A stretch of 64,000 nt of DNA from a virus (lineage: Duplodnaviria > Caudoviricetes). The stretch covers positions 1-64,000 of the IMG/VR virus record IMGVR_UViG_3300020336_000246. One strand, given 5' to 3'. Positions 55,484-64,000 of the stretch are shown here, one piece after another. Each line of letters starts with the position of its first letter. Within the stretch, counting starts at the first letter, position 1. A program made the position numbers and the translations under genes. The notes below the pieces were generated by a model. The model worked only from the letters and a program-made list of their open reading frames with translations, ran no database searches and was not told the DNA's origin.

Positions 55484-56114
55484 ACACTATCCAGCTTTTC
55501 CAACTTTGGTTTCAAGTTTCGACTTGAAGGATCATTCTTGTGAAAAGACTGTTATTGATATGATCGAAACCTGGGAACGCACAGGTGATCATGTTTTGGT
55601 ACATGAAGGTCAAAGCAGTTACATCACTGGTGATGAAATGTTTTTAAATGATAAGAGATTAGTTGACCTTTGGAAAACAATACAGGAATGTTGCGATCAA
55701 TATAGCAACGAATCGGGTATTGATTACACACTTATTTCTACAAGTTGGTTTAACACATTGTATGAAAAAGGATCTGTTACTGCTCATAGACACGAAAGAA
55801 GTGTTATCAGTGGAGCATACTATCCTAAGGTAGATCCAAACAGTTCACCGTTGGTTTTTGAAAGTCCTTTACAACCATATCAAATGAACATGAACAATAT
55901 AAGACAGACCAACTACAATGCTTATAACTTAGACTTTATGCCACAGGATGGCTTGTTAGTTTTGTTTCCTAGTTGGCTAAGGCATTCTGTTCCTTCAAAC
56001 CCAACAGAAAAAAGATACACAATTAGTTTTAATACGATTAGAAGAGATGATAGAGAACACTTTCAAACATTAAGAGATTATAGAACGGACCCACATGAAA
56101 GCACAGATACCTGA
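55467..56114 (+). CDS. 2OG-Fe(II) oxygenase-like protein (TIGR02466-type)
   Basis: SWFN, HRH, ISGAYY, LFPSWLRH, RYTISFN. Confidence 0.85.
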   Translation: MQHEARHYPAFPTLVSSFDLKDHSCEKTVIDMIETWERTGDHVLVHEGQSSYITGDEMFLNDKRLVDLWKTIQECCDQYSNESGIDYTLISTSWFNTLYEKGSVTAHRHERSVISGAYYPKVDPNSSPLVFESPLQPYQMNMNNIRQTNYNAYNLDFMPQDGLLVLFPSWLRHSVPSNPTEKRYTISFNTIRRDDREHFQTLRDYRTDPHESTDT

Positions 56115-56694
56115 TCAACAGTTTAGGAAAGCAGACTATAATATTTTTCCTACACTGGTACAAGTACATCATATAGATTGTGACACAAAAATAGTAAACG
56201 CATTCTTAGATGATTGTGATATGGAAACTTGGCCAGATGATATAGGTAAAGGAACAACCAGTAGTAGACAAGTTGAAAACTTATTACACATAAACGAATT
56301 TGCAGATATGAAAAAAACTATCGAAGAACGTTTAAATGAATACTGTGATGATGCAGGACTTGAACCTGTTGACATAGGTAAGAGTTGGATCAATCATCAA
56401 GTACAGGAAGGTTATGTTGCTAGTCATAGACATGAACTATCTATTGTAAGTGGAGCATACTATCCAATAGTAGAAGAAGGAAGTGCAAGTATAGTATTTG
56501 AAAGTCCTATTAGAACTCCACGTATGTCTGAGATACATAACAAGGCAACAAACTTTACTGCTGATAAAATGGAATTTGAACCAAAAAGCGGAATGTTGAT
56601 ATTATTCCCTAGTTGGTTATACCATAGTAGCCTTCCAAATAAAACGGCAAAACGTATTACGATTAGTTTCAATACTTTTCATAAAAACAGTTGA
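56095..56694 (+). CDS. 2OG-Fe(II) oxygenase-like protein (TIGR02466-type), tandem paralogue
   Basis: SWIN, HRH, VSGAYY, LFPSWLYH, RITISFN. Confidence 0.85.
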   Translation: MKAQIPDQQFRKADYNIFPTLVQVHHIDCDTKIVNAFLDDCDMETWPDDIGKGTTSSRQVENLLHINEFADMKKTIEERLNEYCDDAGLEPVDIGKSWINHQVQEGYVASHRHELSIVSGAYYPIVEEGSASIVFESPIRTPRMSEIHNKATNFTADKMEFEPKSGMLILFPSWLYHSSLPNKTAKRITISFNTFHKNS

Positions 56695-56786
56695 CATTTG
56701 ATTGGAAAGGTTATATAATTAAACAATGAGGACTTTAACAACGTCGACCCTCTTTAAATACTCCGCCGTTATAACTGGAGAGAAAT

Positions 56787-57236
56787 ATGAGTAAACATTA
56801 TAGTACAAAACATTACGGACACAACATTGGGTTGAGTGCAGTCTTTAGACAGCCAAACGCAGATCATTCACATTGTCATTTGCTACACGGATACAGTCTA
56901 GCATTTACATTTAAGTTTGGTTGTGATAAATTAGACAATAAGAATTGGGCAGTTGACTTTGGTGGGCTGAAGCCTGTCAAGAAATGGTTAGAAGATAACT
57001 TTGATCATAAACTTGTTTTAGATTCTAAGGATCCTCACATAGATAAATTTAGAGAGCTAGAAGAAATGGATCTAGCAAGTATTGTTATTATGGACGGAGT
57101 TGGTGCAGAGAAGTTTGCCGAACACGCCTTTAACTTTGCTGACAAACATATTAGAGCACAGACAGATGACAGATGTTATGTGGTATCAGTAGAATGTGCA
57201 GAACATGGAGCCAATAGTGCAATTTACGAAGGATAG
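56787..57236 (+). CDS. queD: 6-carboxy-tetrahydropterin synthase / PTPS-family protein
   Basis: SHCHLLHGY, WAVDFGGLK, FDHK, ECAEH. Confidence 0.88.
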   Translation: MSKHYSTKHYGHNIGLSAVFRQPNADHSHCHLLHGYSLAFTFKFGCDKLDNKNWAVDFGGLKPVKKWLEDNFDHKLVLDSKDPHIDKFRELEEMDLASIVIMDGVGAEKFAEHAFNFADKHIRAQTDDRCYVVSVECAEHGANSAIYEG

Positions 57237-57804
57237 AAGAAACTTCTGGGCAGAACTTAATCAAGCTAGAGCAGGTGGTAAACCTAAGGTTTGGAAACAA
57301 GTATTTCCTGAAGCAACTAATATTAACTTCCACACACTACTAGAAGCTAATCAATACCAAGCGGCAATTACAAATGATGACAAGATACTAAAAGGTACTG
57401 CTCATCTGCCAGGTGTTGAGATGGATCCAAGAGTAAAACCTTATCACATAGAGTTTATGGAAAACTATGAAAGGGTTGATACTGAAACACTTTTCAATGC
57501 TAGTTTCTTTTTTAGTTTAAGTGACGGACATCATAGTGTACACATACACAGAGATTACGAATCAGTATTACTAATTCAAGGATACGGAGACGTTACATTT
57601 ATTACTGCTAACGAAGACAACAGTCAAAAAGAAGTTCATACACTTAAAACAGGCGATGCAATATTCATTCCAAGACTGTATGGTCATAAGTCGGTTCCAA
57701 TGGGTCCAAGGGTAACATTAAGTTTAGGTGCTAACCCATCTAAGGCAATGACTACTAACAACTTCATGAGTCAACCTGCTAACACTTCACAGCCGTATAA
57801 TTAA
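57217..57804 (+). CDS. JmjC/cupin-like protein
   Basis: HRD...QGYG...GDAIFIPRLYGH; GTG start after GGAG. Confidence 0.65.
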   Translation: MQFTKDRRNFWAELNQARAGGKPKVWKQVFPEATNINFHTLLEANQYQAAITNDDKILKGTAHLPGVEMDPRVKPYHIEFMENYERVDTETLFNASFFFSLSDGHHSVHIHRDYESVLLIQGYGDVTFITANEDNSQKEVHTLKTGDAIFIPRLYGHKSVPMGPRVTLSLGANPSKAMTTNNFMSQPANTSQPYN

Positions 57805-57821
57805 AGGGAGGCCATAAGCCT

Positions 57822-58520
57822 ATGAATTATGTAGTTTGTCTAAAACACGGTGACAAATACGGTGCTGAGTACGTCAATACACTTTACAGTATGGTCAAAC
57901 GACATACTACTATCCCCATTGAGTTCATTTGCTTTACTGAAAATCCTAAAGGCATCGACTCAGGTGTTCGAATTCAACCTATTCCATTGCACCCTGACGT
58001 TAAGGGTTGGTGGTATAAACCAATGTTCTTTAATCCTGGACTAAACTTTAAAGGTCCAATGCTTTATATGGATCTAGATATTATTATATTTAAAAACATA
58101 GATAATCTGTTTGAATACAAGGCAGGAGAATTTTGTGTTCTTAGAGACTTTAATAGATGCATACAATCTAATTGGGATCGTATGAACTCTAGTATCTTTA
58201 GATTACACCCAGGACAACATCAAAACGTATATACAGAATTTATGAAGGATCCAAAATATCATGCCGCAAGGTATCATGGAGATCAGGATTGGTTATATGC
58301 GAATGTAAAAACGCATTTCAATTTCTTTCCAGATGAATGGATACAGAGTTATAAATGGGAAATGCGTGGTAGACCTGAAATGAGTAGAGCTTCTGGTAAA
58401 AGAAACTTTGCAACCAAAGGTATACCAAATATACTGCCAGAGACAAGTATTGCAGTATTTCATGGCGATCCAAATCCAAAAGACTGTATTGATGATTGGT
58501 GCAGGGAAAATTGGCGATAA
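57822..58520 (+). CDS. GT-A glycosyltransferase (GT8-like)
   Basis: KHGDKY, WWYK, YMDLDII, NSSI, GDQDW, FHGDPNP. Confidence 0.8.
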   Translation: MNYVVCLKHGDKYGAEYVNTLYSMVKRHTTIPIEFICFTENPKGIDSGVRIQPIPLHPDVKGWWYKPMFFNPGLNFKGPMLYMDLDIIIFKNIDNLFEYKAGEFCVLRDFNRCIQSNWDRMNSSIFRLHPGQHQNVYTEFMKDPKYHAARYHGDQDWLYANVKTHFNFFPDEWIQSYKWEMRGRPEMSRASGKRNFATKGIPNILPETSIAVFHGDPNPKDCIDDWCRENWR

Positions 58521-58560
58521 ATCGCTTGACTTTAACCTCAACTACTAATATAATATAACT

Positions 58561-59247
58561 ATGAAAAAAATATTTAAACATAAAGCATTTCGCATCTCGT
58601 TCTATGTCGTTATTGCATTGTTAGGTATGTTAATTACCTTTGCATACGGAACGTTTAAACCTAACTATCTTGTAAAAGAAAAACTCAAGGCAAAATACGA
58701 ATCAAGTCTTGTAGCAGAATGGAATAGTTATGGTTTCATAGAACCTAGTATTGAATATTCAACAAATCTACAATTTGTAAAAGCAGTAGGTAGATGTATT
58801 GATTTTATTAACTTACACCTTGAACCACAACAAAGAGTACACAGAGATATCATTATAGCAATGGCTGTGTTAGAAACAGGTTATGGTACTAGTAGGTTTG
58901 CCAAAGAGGCAAATAATCTATTTGGTATTAGAACATGGGATAAGAACACACCACAACTTAAAGCAAAAGAAAATCCTAATGCAAGTTGGGGTGTAAAGAA
59001 ATATCCAACAAAATGTTTATCTGTAAAAAACATGATTAGTATTATTAACAAACTTCATGTTTACGAAGACTTTAGAACTGAAAGAGCAAAGCAGTTTGAG
59101 TCAGGAAAGATTGATGTTAATGCACAGATTGATCATTTACATAAATGGAGTACTAACCCAGACTATACCAAGCTAGTTAAGAACAGAGCCAAAAAAGTTC
59201 ATGCACAATTAGAAGCAAAAGAAGTTGACACCTTTGAGAAAAAGTAG
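58561..59247 (+). CDS. N-acetylglucosaminidase (GH73/Bax-like) with N-terminal TM
   Basis: AMAVLETGYG, NNLFGI, WSTNPDY. Confidence 0.85.
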   Translation: MKKIFKHKAFRISFYVVIALLGMLITFAYGTFKPNYLVKEKLKAKYESSLVAEWNSYGFIEPSIEYSTNLQFVKAVGRCIDFINLHLEPQQRVHRDIIIAMAVLETGYGTSRFAKEANNLFGIRTWDKNTPQLKAKENPNASWGVKKYPTKCLSVKNMISIINKLHVYEDFRTERAKQFESGKIDVNAQIDHLHKWSTNPDYTKLVKNRAKKVHAQLEAKEVDTFEKK

Positions 59248-59259
59248 TATAATAGTATT

Positions 59260-60270
59260 ATGATAGAACGTATAGGTTTCGCCTGTAAATATATGCACCC
59301 GGATCAGACGCAGAAGAAAAAACTGCTAGAAGAGATCCAACGACCTTTGAACACTCGTAGCACAACCGTACAATGGTTGAATAGGCAAACACGAGATGTA
59401 GCAGAACAAAGGCTATGGGACATTATGGTTCACAACATACAGAGTTTTCATAACTTGATAGAATATGTTGGTGGACTACGAGATGAGTTACGAATGGTTC
59501 GACTAGGATCAGATGTACTTCCTGTTTACACACAGGCAGATTGGTCTTACTATTGGAAGAAGCCTGACGTAATTGCATACTGTGAAACACACTTTGCCAA
59601 GGTAGGCGAACTTGCAAGAAAGCTAGATGTTAGACTTTCTATGCACCCAGGACAATTTACTGTCCTTGCTAGTGATAACCCAGAAATAGTAAATAGAAGT
59701 ATAGAGGAGTTTGAATATCATGTTGATTGCATCAGATGGATGGGCTACGGCCAACAATTCCAGGACTTTAAATGCAACGTCCATATATCAGGTAGGCAAG
59801 GTCCAGCCGGTATCCAACGAGTCCTCCCAAGATTATCTCAAGAAGCGAGAAACACGATTACGATCGAGAATGACGAAATGTCGTGGGGCATCGAAGCATC
59901 GCTCGAACTCCAAGATGATGTCGCACTCGTACTTGACATACACCACCACTGGGTACGAACTGGTGAATACATACACCCCACCGACGATAGATTTTTACGC
60001 ATAGTAGATAGTTGGCGTGGCGTTAGACCTGTCATACATTATTCTGTATCACGTGAAGATCTACTTGTAGGTCATGATGCTAATACACTACCTAACATGG
60101 ACGAGCTATTAGAACAAGGTTACAAGAAAGCTAAACTACGTGCCCACAGTGATATGATGTGGAATCATGCAGTAAATGACTGGGCATTAACGTTTAAACC
60201 GTCAGCAGACATCATGGTAGAATCCAAACACAAGAACCTAGCCAACTCAGCACTATTAGAAGCCGCATAA
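59260..60270 (+). CDS. uvdE: UV-damage endonuclease
   Basis: RIGFAC, RLGSD, SMHPGQF, IENDE, VLDIHHH, HYS, AHSD, MVESKHK. Confidence 0.93.
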   Translation: MIERIGFACKYMHPDQTQKKKLLEEIQRPLNTRSTTVQWLNRQTRDVAEQRLWDIMVHNIQSFHNLIEYVGGLRDELRMVRLGSDVLPVYTQADWSYYWKKPDVIAYCETHFAKVGELARKLDVRLSMHPGQFTVLASDNPEIVNRSIEEFEYHVDCIRWMGYGQQFQDFKCNVHISGRQGPAGIQRVLPRLSQEARNTITIENDEMSWGIEASLELQDDVALVLDIHHHWVRTGEYIHPTDDRFLRIVDSWRGVRPVIHYSVSREDLLVGHDANTLPNMDELLEQGYKKAKLRAHSDMMWNHAVNDWALTFKPSADIMVESKHKNLANSALLEAA

Positions 60271-60288
60271 TATCAGCTAAATATTAGC

Positions 60289-60840
60289 ATGATAATAAGA
60301 GAACTATTAGAAGCCAAAGAGCAATCACTAACTCTAGAGAAGTTACCGTATTCAATAGGTGACTTGGCTCCTATATTATCAAAGGAGAACGTAGACTATC
60401 ATTACAATGTTCTGTCAAAAGGATATGTGGATAGATACAATGCAGGTGAAGGAGATCCTAAATTTAATTATGGTGGTGCAAAGCTACATAATTTATGGTG
60501 GACACAATTGAAGAAACCAACAGGAACTAATACACCTACAGGTTCAATTTTGGAACTTATTAAAGACAAATTTAGTGATTATAAAAATTTCCAAGAAGAG
60601 CTTGTTAAAACTGCTATGGGCATACAAGGATCGGGTTGGGTTTATCTTTCTAAGAAAGGCGAACTTAAAACAACACCAAACCAATCTTTCAAAACAGATA
60701 TACTGATGCCTGTGGATATGTGGGAACATTCATTTTCAGATTATACCAAAGAAGGTAAAGAGTGCAAAAAGAAATATCTCACTAGCACAATGAAGTTAAT
60801 TAACTGGGAAGTTATTAATAACAGACTACAATCAATATAA
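60289..60840 (+). CDS. sod: Fe/Mn superoxide dismutase with MIIRELLE N-terminal extension
   Basis: DYHY, LHNLWW, QGSGWVYL, DMWEHSF. Confidence 0.88.
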   Translation: MIIRELLEAKEQSLTLEKLPYSIGDLAPILSKENVDYHYNVLSKGYVDRYNAGEGDPKFNYGGAKLHNLWWTQLKKPTGTNTPTGSILELIKDKFSDYKNFQEELVKTAMGIQGSGWVYLSKKGELKTTPNQSFKTDILMPVDMWEHSFSDYTKEGKECKKKYLTSTMKLINWEVINNRLQSI

Positions 60841-60851
60841 GGAGAAATATT

Positions 60852-61025
60852 ATGATCAATCCAATAGACTGGATCAAATCCAGATTAGACGAAAGAACAT
60901 CTTGGGACGGTGCTATGCTTATAGCCATCGGAGTAATTGTTCTTATTGCAGGACCATTTGCTAAAATTGCCGCCTACGCCGCAATTGGTTATGGTGCTTG
61001 GACTCTTTGGAAAAAAGAGAAATAA
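60852..61025 (+). CDS. Small membrane protein (57 aa)
   Basis: Not in the track; GGAG SD; ERTSWDG followed by hydrophobic helices. Confidence 0.65.
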   Translation: MINPIDWIKSRLDERTSWDGAMLIAIGVIVLIAGPFAKIAAYAAIGYGAWTLWKKEK

Positions 61026-61049
61026 TCAAAATAGCTTACACGGTTGGTA

Positions 61050-61340
61050 TTATAATTTACTAATATCAATCGTGTCAGCATCTATACGCATATTCAATTT
61101 CTTGCGTTGCTCAACACCTTTCTTTTGTGCAAATCTTTTAGGATCACATTTAGGACAAACGTGACTATAGTCGTCTGCTAGTCTTTTAGGGTCTACTTTA
61201 CCCTTGTCTCGGATAAACTCCTCATGACAGTCGTCGCACTTAAATACTACTAACGTCTTTTTTCGTTTGTATGTATGGTGTTGACCCTTTTTACCTTTGC
61301 GTAAAAAGTATTGTATTTTGCGTTCAGTTCTTAAAAACAT
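61050..61340 (-). CDS. Zn-finger protein
   Basis: CDDC...CPKC; minus-strand TATAAATA at 61349-61356. Confidence 0.7.
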   Translation of the reverse strand: MFLRTERKIQYFLRKGKKGQHHTYKRKKTLVVFKCDDCHEEFIRDKGKVDPKRLADDYSHVCPKCDPKRFAQKKGVEQRKKLNMRIDADTIDISKL

Positions 61341-61409
61341 AACAACAATATTTATAAGATTACATTCGGATTATAAAGGATAGGATAAATAAAAGCAAAG
61401 AGAGATACT

Positions 61410-61733
61410 ATGTCAATTGTAAATCTAACAGAAACAGCAAGGGAGCATATGGCAACAATGCTTAAAGAACACGATAAACCGGCTATTAGGCTAGGATTAA
61501 AGGGTGGCGGCTGTGCTGGATTCAAATACGAGTGGAGTATGGAAGACGAAATCAAGAGCGATGACGAACAAATTAAGGTAGATGGCGGTTTGTTTGTTGT
61601 AGATCCTGCGAGTGTTATGTACTTATTAGGTACTACAATAGATTATAAGAAAGAAGTATTTGGATCATATTTTGATATTAAAAGCCCTAATGCAACATCA
61701 AGTTGCGGTTGTGGTGAAAGTGTAGGATTTTAG
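61410..61733 (+). CDS. iscA: IscA/HesB A-type Fe-S carrier
   Basis: GGGCAGFKY, PNATSSCGCGESV. Confidence 0.95.
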   Translation: MSIVNLTETAREHMATMLKEHDKPAIRLGLKGGGCAGFKYEWSMEDEIKSDDEQIKVDGGLFVVDPASVMYLLGTTIDYKKEVFGSYFDIKSPNATSSCGCGESVGF

Positions 61734-61736
61734 TAA

Positions 61737-64000
61737 ATGGCTAAACAAATAATTAATATTGGTGTAGAGGGTAATGACGGTACTGGTGATAGTATTAGAA
61801 ATTCGTTTAGAAAAGCTAACGAAAACTTTACAGAATTATATGCAGTATTTGGACAAGGTGGATCGATATCATTTAGAGCATTAAGTGATGTTCCTGATAC
61901 ACTAACAGCCAATACGGTACCTCAAGTAAATGCGGCAGGTGATGCTCTTGAAATGAAAGCATTACAAGGTGGAATAGGTATTACTGTTACACAAAGTTCA
62001 AATGCAATTACAATTACAAACAGTGGATCAATAGTTAGTACTGATGGTATACCAAGTTTAGGTGGACCACTTAACGCGGCAAACCAAGGTATTGCTAACG
62101 TTAACATTTCACAAGCGGCCATTAACGCATTAAACTCAGCACACGGAACAAGTTTTACAGAAGACGACCTTGTTATTACAAAAGGTTTTGCAGATGGTAG
62201 ATACTTAACTTCAACAGGATCGCCAGGTGCTTCCGGACAAGTTAGAGTTAGAAGTGAACCAGCTGACGCATCAGGTTATACATTTACTATTGCAAGTTAT
62301 AACAACGGTAACGTTGTTGCTAGTGCGGCTCACGGATTTACAACTACTTCAAATGGTATTGCATACAAATACAAATCATCAAGCACAGATGCAACTAACC
62401 TAACAACAGGAACAACTTATTATCTAAGATATGTAAGTGCTACTGAAATGTCAATTCATGCTTCAAAGGCAGAAGCACAAAACAATGACGATGGCACTAG
62501 AGTAAGAATTGTAGCTTCAGGAGGTTCTGGAACACAGACAATGACTGATGCTGACTTTGATCCAACGTTAGCAGGATATTGGATTAAGTCAGAAGCATTA
62601 CCAAGAGAATCAATTACTAGACGTCAAGGTGACGAGATGACTGGTACATTGTACTTGAATGACCACCCAGGTTCATTTGCAGGTGCAGGACAACCAAACG
62701 GAATTACAGATAGACAAGCAGTTACAAAATACTACGTAGACAATTCAGCATTTGCAAGTGCTACAAACTTATATGTTAGCACCAAGGGTGATGACGCAAT
62801 GGCTAACGTGCCAGTTGGTAGTGAAGGTAGAGCTTGGAACTATGCTTACAAATCAATAGCGGCCGCGGCGGCTAAGGCAGAAGAAGTTATAACAACTTCT
62901 CCTTTAACCATTGGCCCATACAAACAAACAATTACATATAACAGTGGTGTAAGTAATTCAACAGTAGCAACAAGTGGTGTTACTAGTTCAAGTGGATACG
63001 AAGAAGTAAAAGTTCTTACAGATGCTAACTTAAAGTTCATCAGAGAAGAAACTATCAGTTACTTGAACGCAACTTATCCAACGTACTTGTTTGATAGAAG
63101 TCAATGTAGAAATGACTTAACAAGAATTGCTAACGGTATTATACTAGACATACTAGATGGTACAACTGCAAACTATCACAGTAGAAATGCAGGTTTAAGA
63201 TATTACAGTACTGCAAGTGGACAAAAAGCAAGACAGTCACAAAGAACAGAAACATTAGCGGCTATTACATTTGCTAAGGCTCTACACGCAAAAGTTATTA
63301 CCAATGTAATGGAAACAACATTATACCAAGGTCAATTTGCAGTAAGAACAATTGGCTTAGGTGCAAACACTATATCAATAAACACAGGTAGCAATAACTA
63401 TGCTCACACTTATGTAAGTGGTGGTACAGTTACATTTAATGGCGTTGCACATACTATTACAGGTGCAACATACGATCATGTTAATGGTGTTGTTACTATT
63501 ACAACTGCAACCACTCACGGTGCAGTAGCAGGTGACATTGTTACAGTAGCAAACATAACTTGGAACTGTTCATTAGGTAACAAGGTATATCCAGAAGTTC
63601 ATGTACAAACAACTGACAATGCACAGGTAGTTGATGCAGTAGGACAATCAGCAGTAGCGGCAAAATGGGATATTGTTTCAACAATTATTACAGGTCCAAC
63701 TATTGCAAGTGCTCCACAACTTGTTGAAGGTAGCACATGGTCAATCACAATTACAAATGGTAGTGTTGGTTATGTTGATCAAAACATATCAAGCAACCAA
63801 GACTTAATTCCAGGTAAACTTGTTGTAGGTAAAACATCTGGAGCAGTTGGTAGACTAGTAAAAATTACAGCAGGTGCAACACACGACACATTAGAATTAG
63901 AATTATTAGAACCGTTAACATTTGCAGTTGGTGAAGAACTAGATTACGGTAACAAAACTTCAATAAAGAATATTAGTATTCATGTTGAATCAGGAACATA
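61737..64000 (+). CDS. Large baseplate/structural protein, partial (runs off the window end)
   Basis: MAKQIINIG..GNDGTGDSIR..F.KANENFTELY, a T4 gp9/gp10-like N-terminus; frame spot-checked open; absent from the track because it has no stop. Confidence 0.8.
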   Translation, partial: MAKQIINIGVEGNDGTGDSIRNSFRKANENFTELYAVFGQGGSISFRALSDVPDTLTANTVPQVNAAGDALEMKALQGGIGITVTQSSNAITITNSGSIVSTDGIPSLGGPLNAANQGIANVNISQAAINALNSAHGTSFTEDDLVITKGFADGRYLTSTGSPGASGQVRVRSEPADASGYTFTIASYNNGNVVASAAHGFTTTSNGIAYKYKSSSTDATNLTTGTTYYLRYVSATEMSIHASKAEAQNNDDGTRVRIVASGGSGTQTMTDADFDPTLAGYWIKSEALPRESITRRQGDEMTGTLYLNDHPGSFAGAGQPNGITDRQAVTKYYVDNSAFASATNLYVSTKGDDAMANVPVGSEGRAWNYAYKSIAAAAAKAEEVITTSPLTIGPYKQTITYNSGVSNSTVATSGVTSSSGYEEVKVLTDANLKFIREETISYLNATYPTYLFDRSQCRNDLTRIANGIILDILDGTTANYHSRNAGLRYYSTASGQKARQSQRTETLAAITFAKALHAKVITNVMETTLYQGQFAVRTIGLGANTISINTGSNNYAHTYVSGGTVTFNGVAHTITGATYDHVNGVVTITTATTHGAVAGDIVTVANITWNCSLGNKVYPEVHVQTTDNAQVVDAVGQSAVAAKWDIVSTIITGPTIASAPQLVEGSTWSITITNGSVGYVDQNISSNQDLIPGKLVVGKTSGAVGRLVKITAGATHDTLELELLEPLTFAVGEELDYGNKTSIKNISIHVESGT

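Noticed and set aside
61255-61266. A-AAA-AAG heptamer on the minus strand in the Zn-finger gene
   Set aside because: It is Lys-codon context only; I found no supporting hairpin or gene-packing argument.
1-64000. Stop-codon reassignment (alternative genetic code)
   Set aside because: Long conserved genes are intact in the standard code, TAA, TAG and TGA all terminate genes, and no suppressor tRNA was found.

Overview
A 64-kb segment of a large, AT-rich, T4-like (myovirus-type) phage genome, most likely marine and infecting an alphaproteobacterium. Phage evidence: recurrent T4-type late promoters (NATAAATA), sigma70-type early promoters, a PAAR spike, a gp9/gp10-like baseplate N-terminus, tail fibres with an S74 chaperone, nrdAB/glutaredoxin and a DNA ligase. 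Host evidence: a circularly permuted two-piece tmRNA with an ANDN... tag, plcP-agt, pcyX and pqqA. The window carries many host-derived metabolic and translation genes: lipid remodelling (plcP-agt, lipase), alkB, a stand-alone pqqA, a Rieske-less ring-hydroxylating oxygenase, hemO-halogenase-pcyX, guaC, queD, about 8 2OG-Fe(II)/cupin oxygenases, NifU/IscA, Hsp20, ClpS, ClpP, two bS21 paralogues, UvdE, SOD, 6 tRNA genes and the tmRNA. Strongest unexplained signals: (1) an anticodon-domain-less class IIb synthetase-like gene followed 7 nt later by a non-canonical tRNA(GUU) with a 30-nt variable arm and C37, a candidate orthogonal pair; (2) two A9 slippery sites that predict -1 frameshift extensions; (3) a Pol-beta nucleotidyltransferase plus KxDG ligase pair and an SOD that carry capsid-targeting-like N-termini; (4) adjacent alkB-pqqA beside plcP-agt. 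All family assignments come from motif recognition by eye; no database searches were run. The standard genetic code fits throughout and no CRISPR array was seen.
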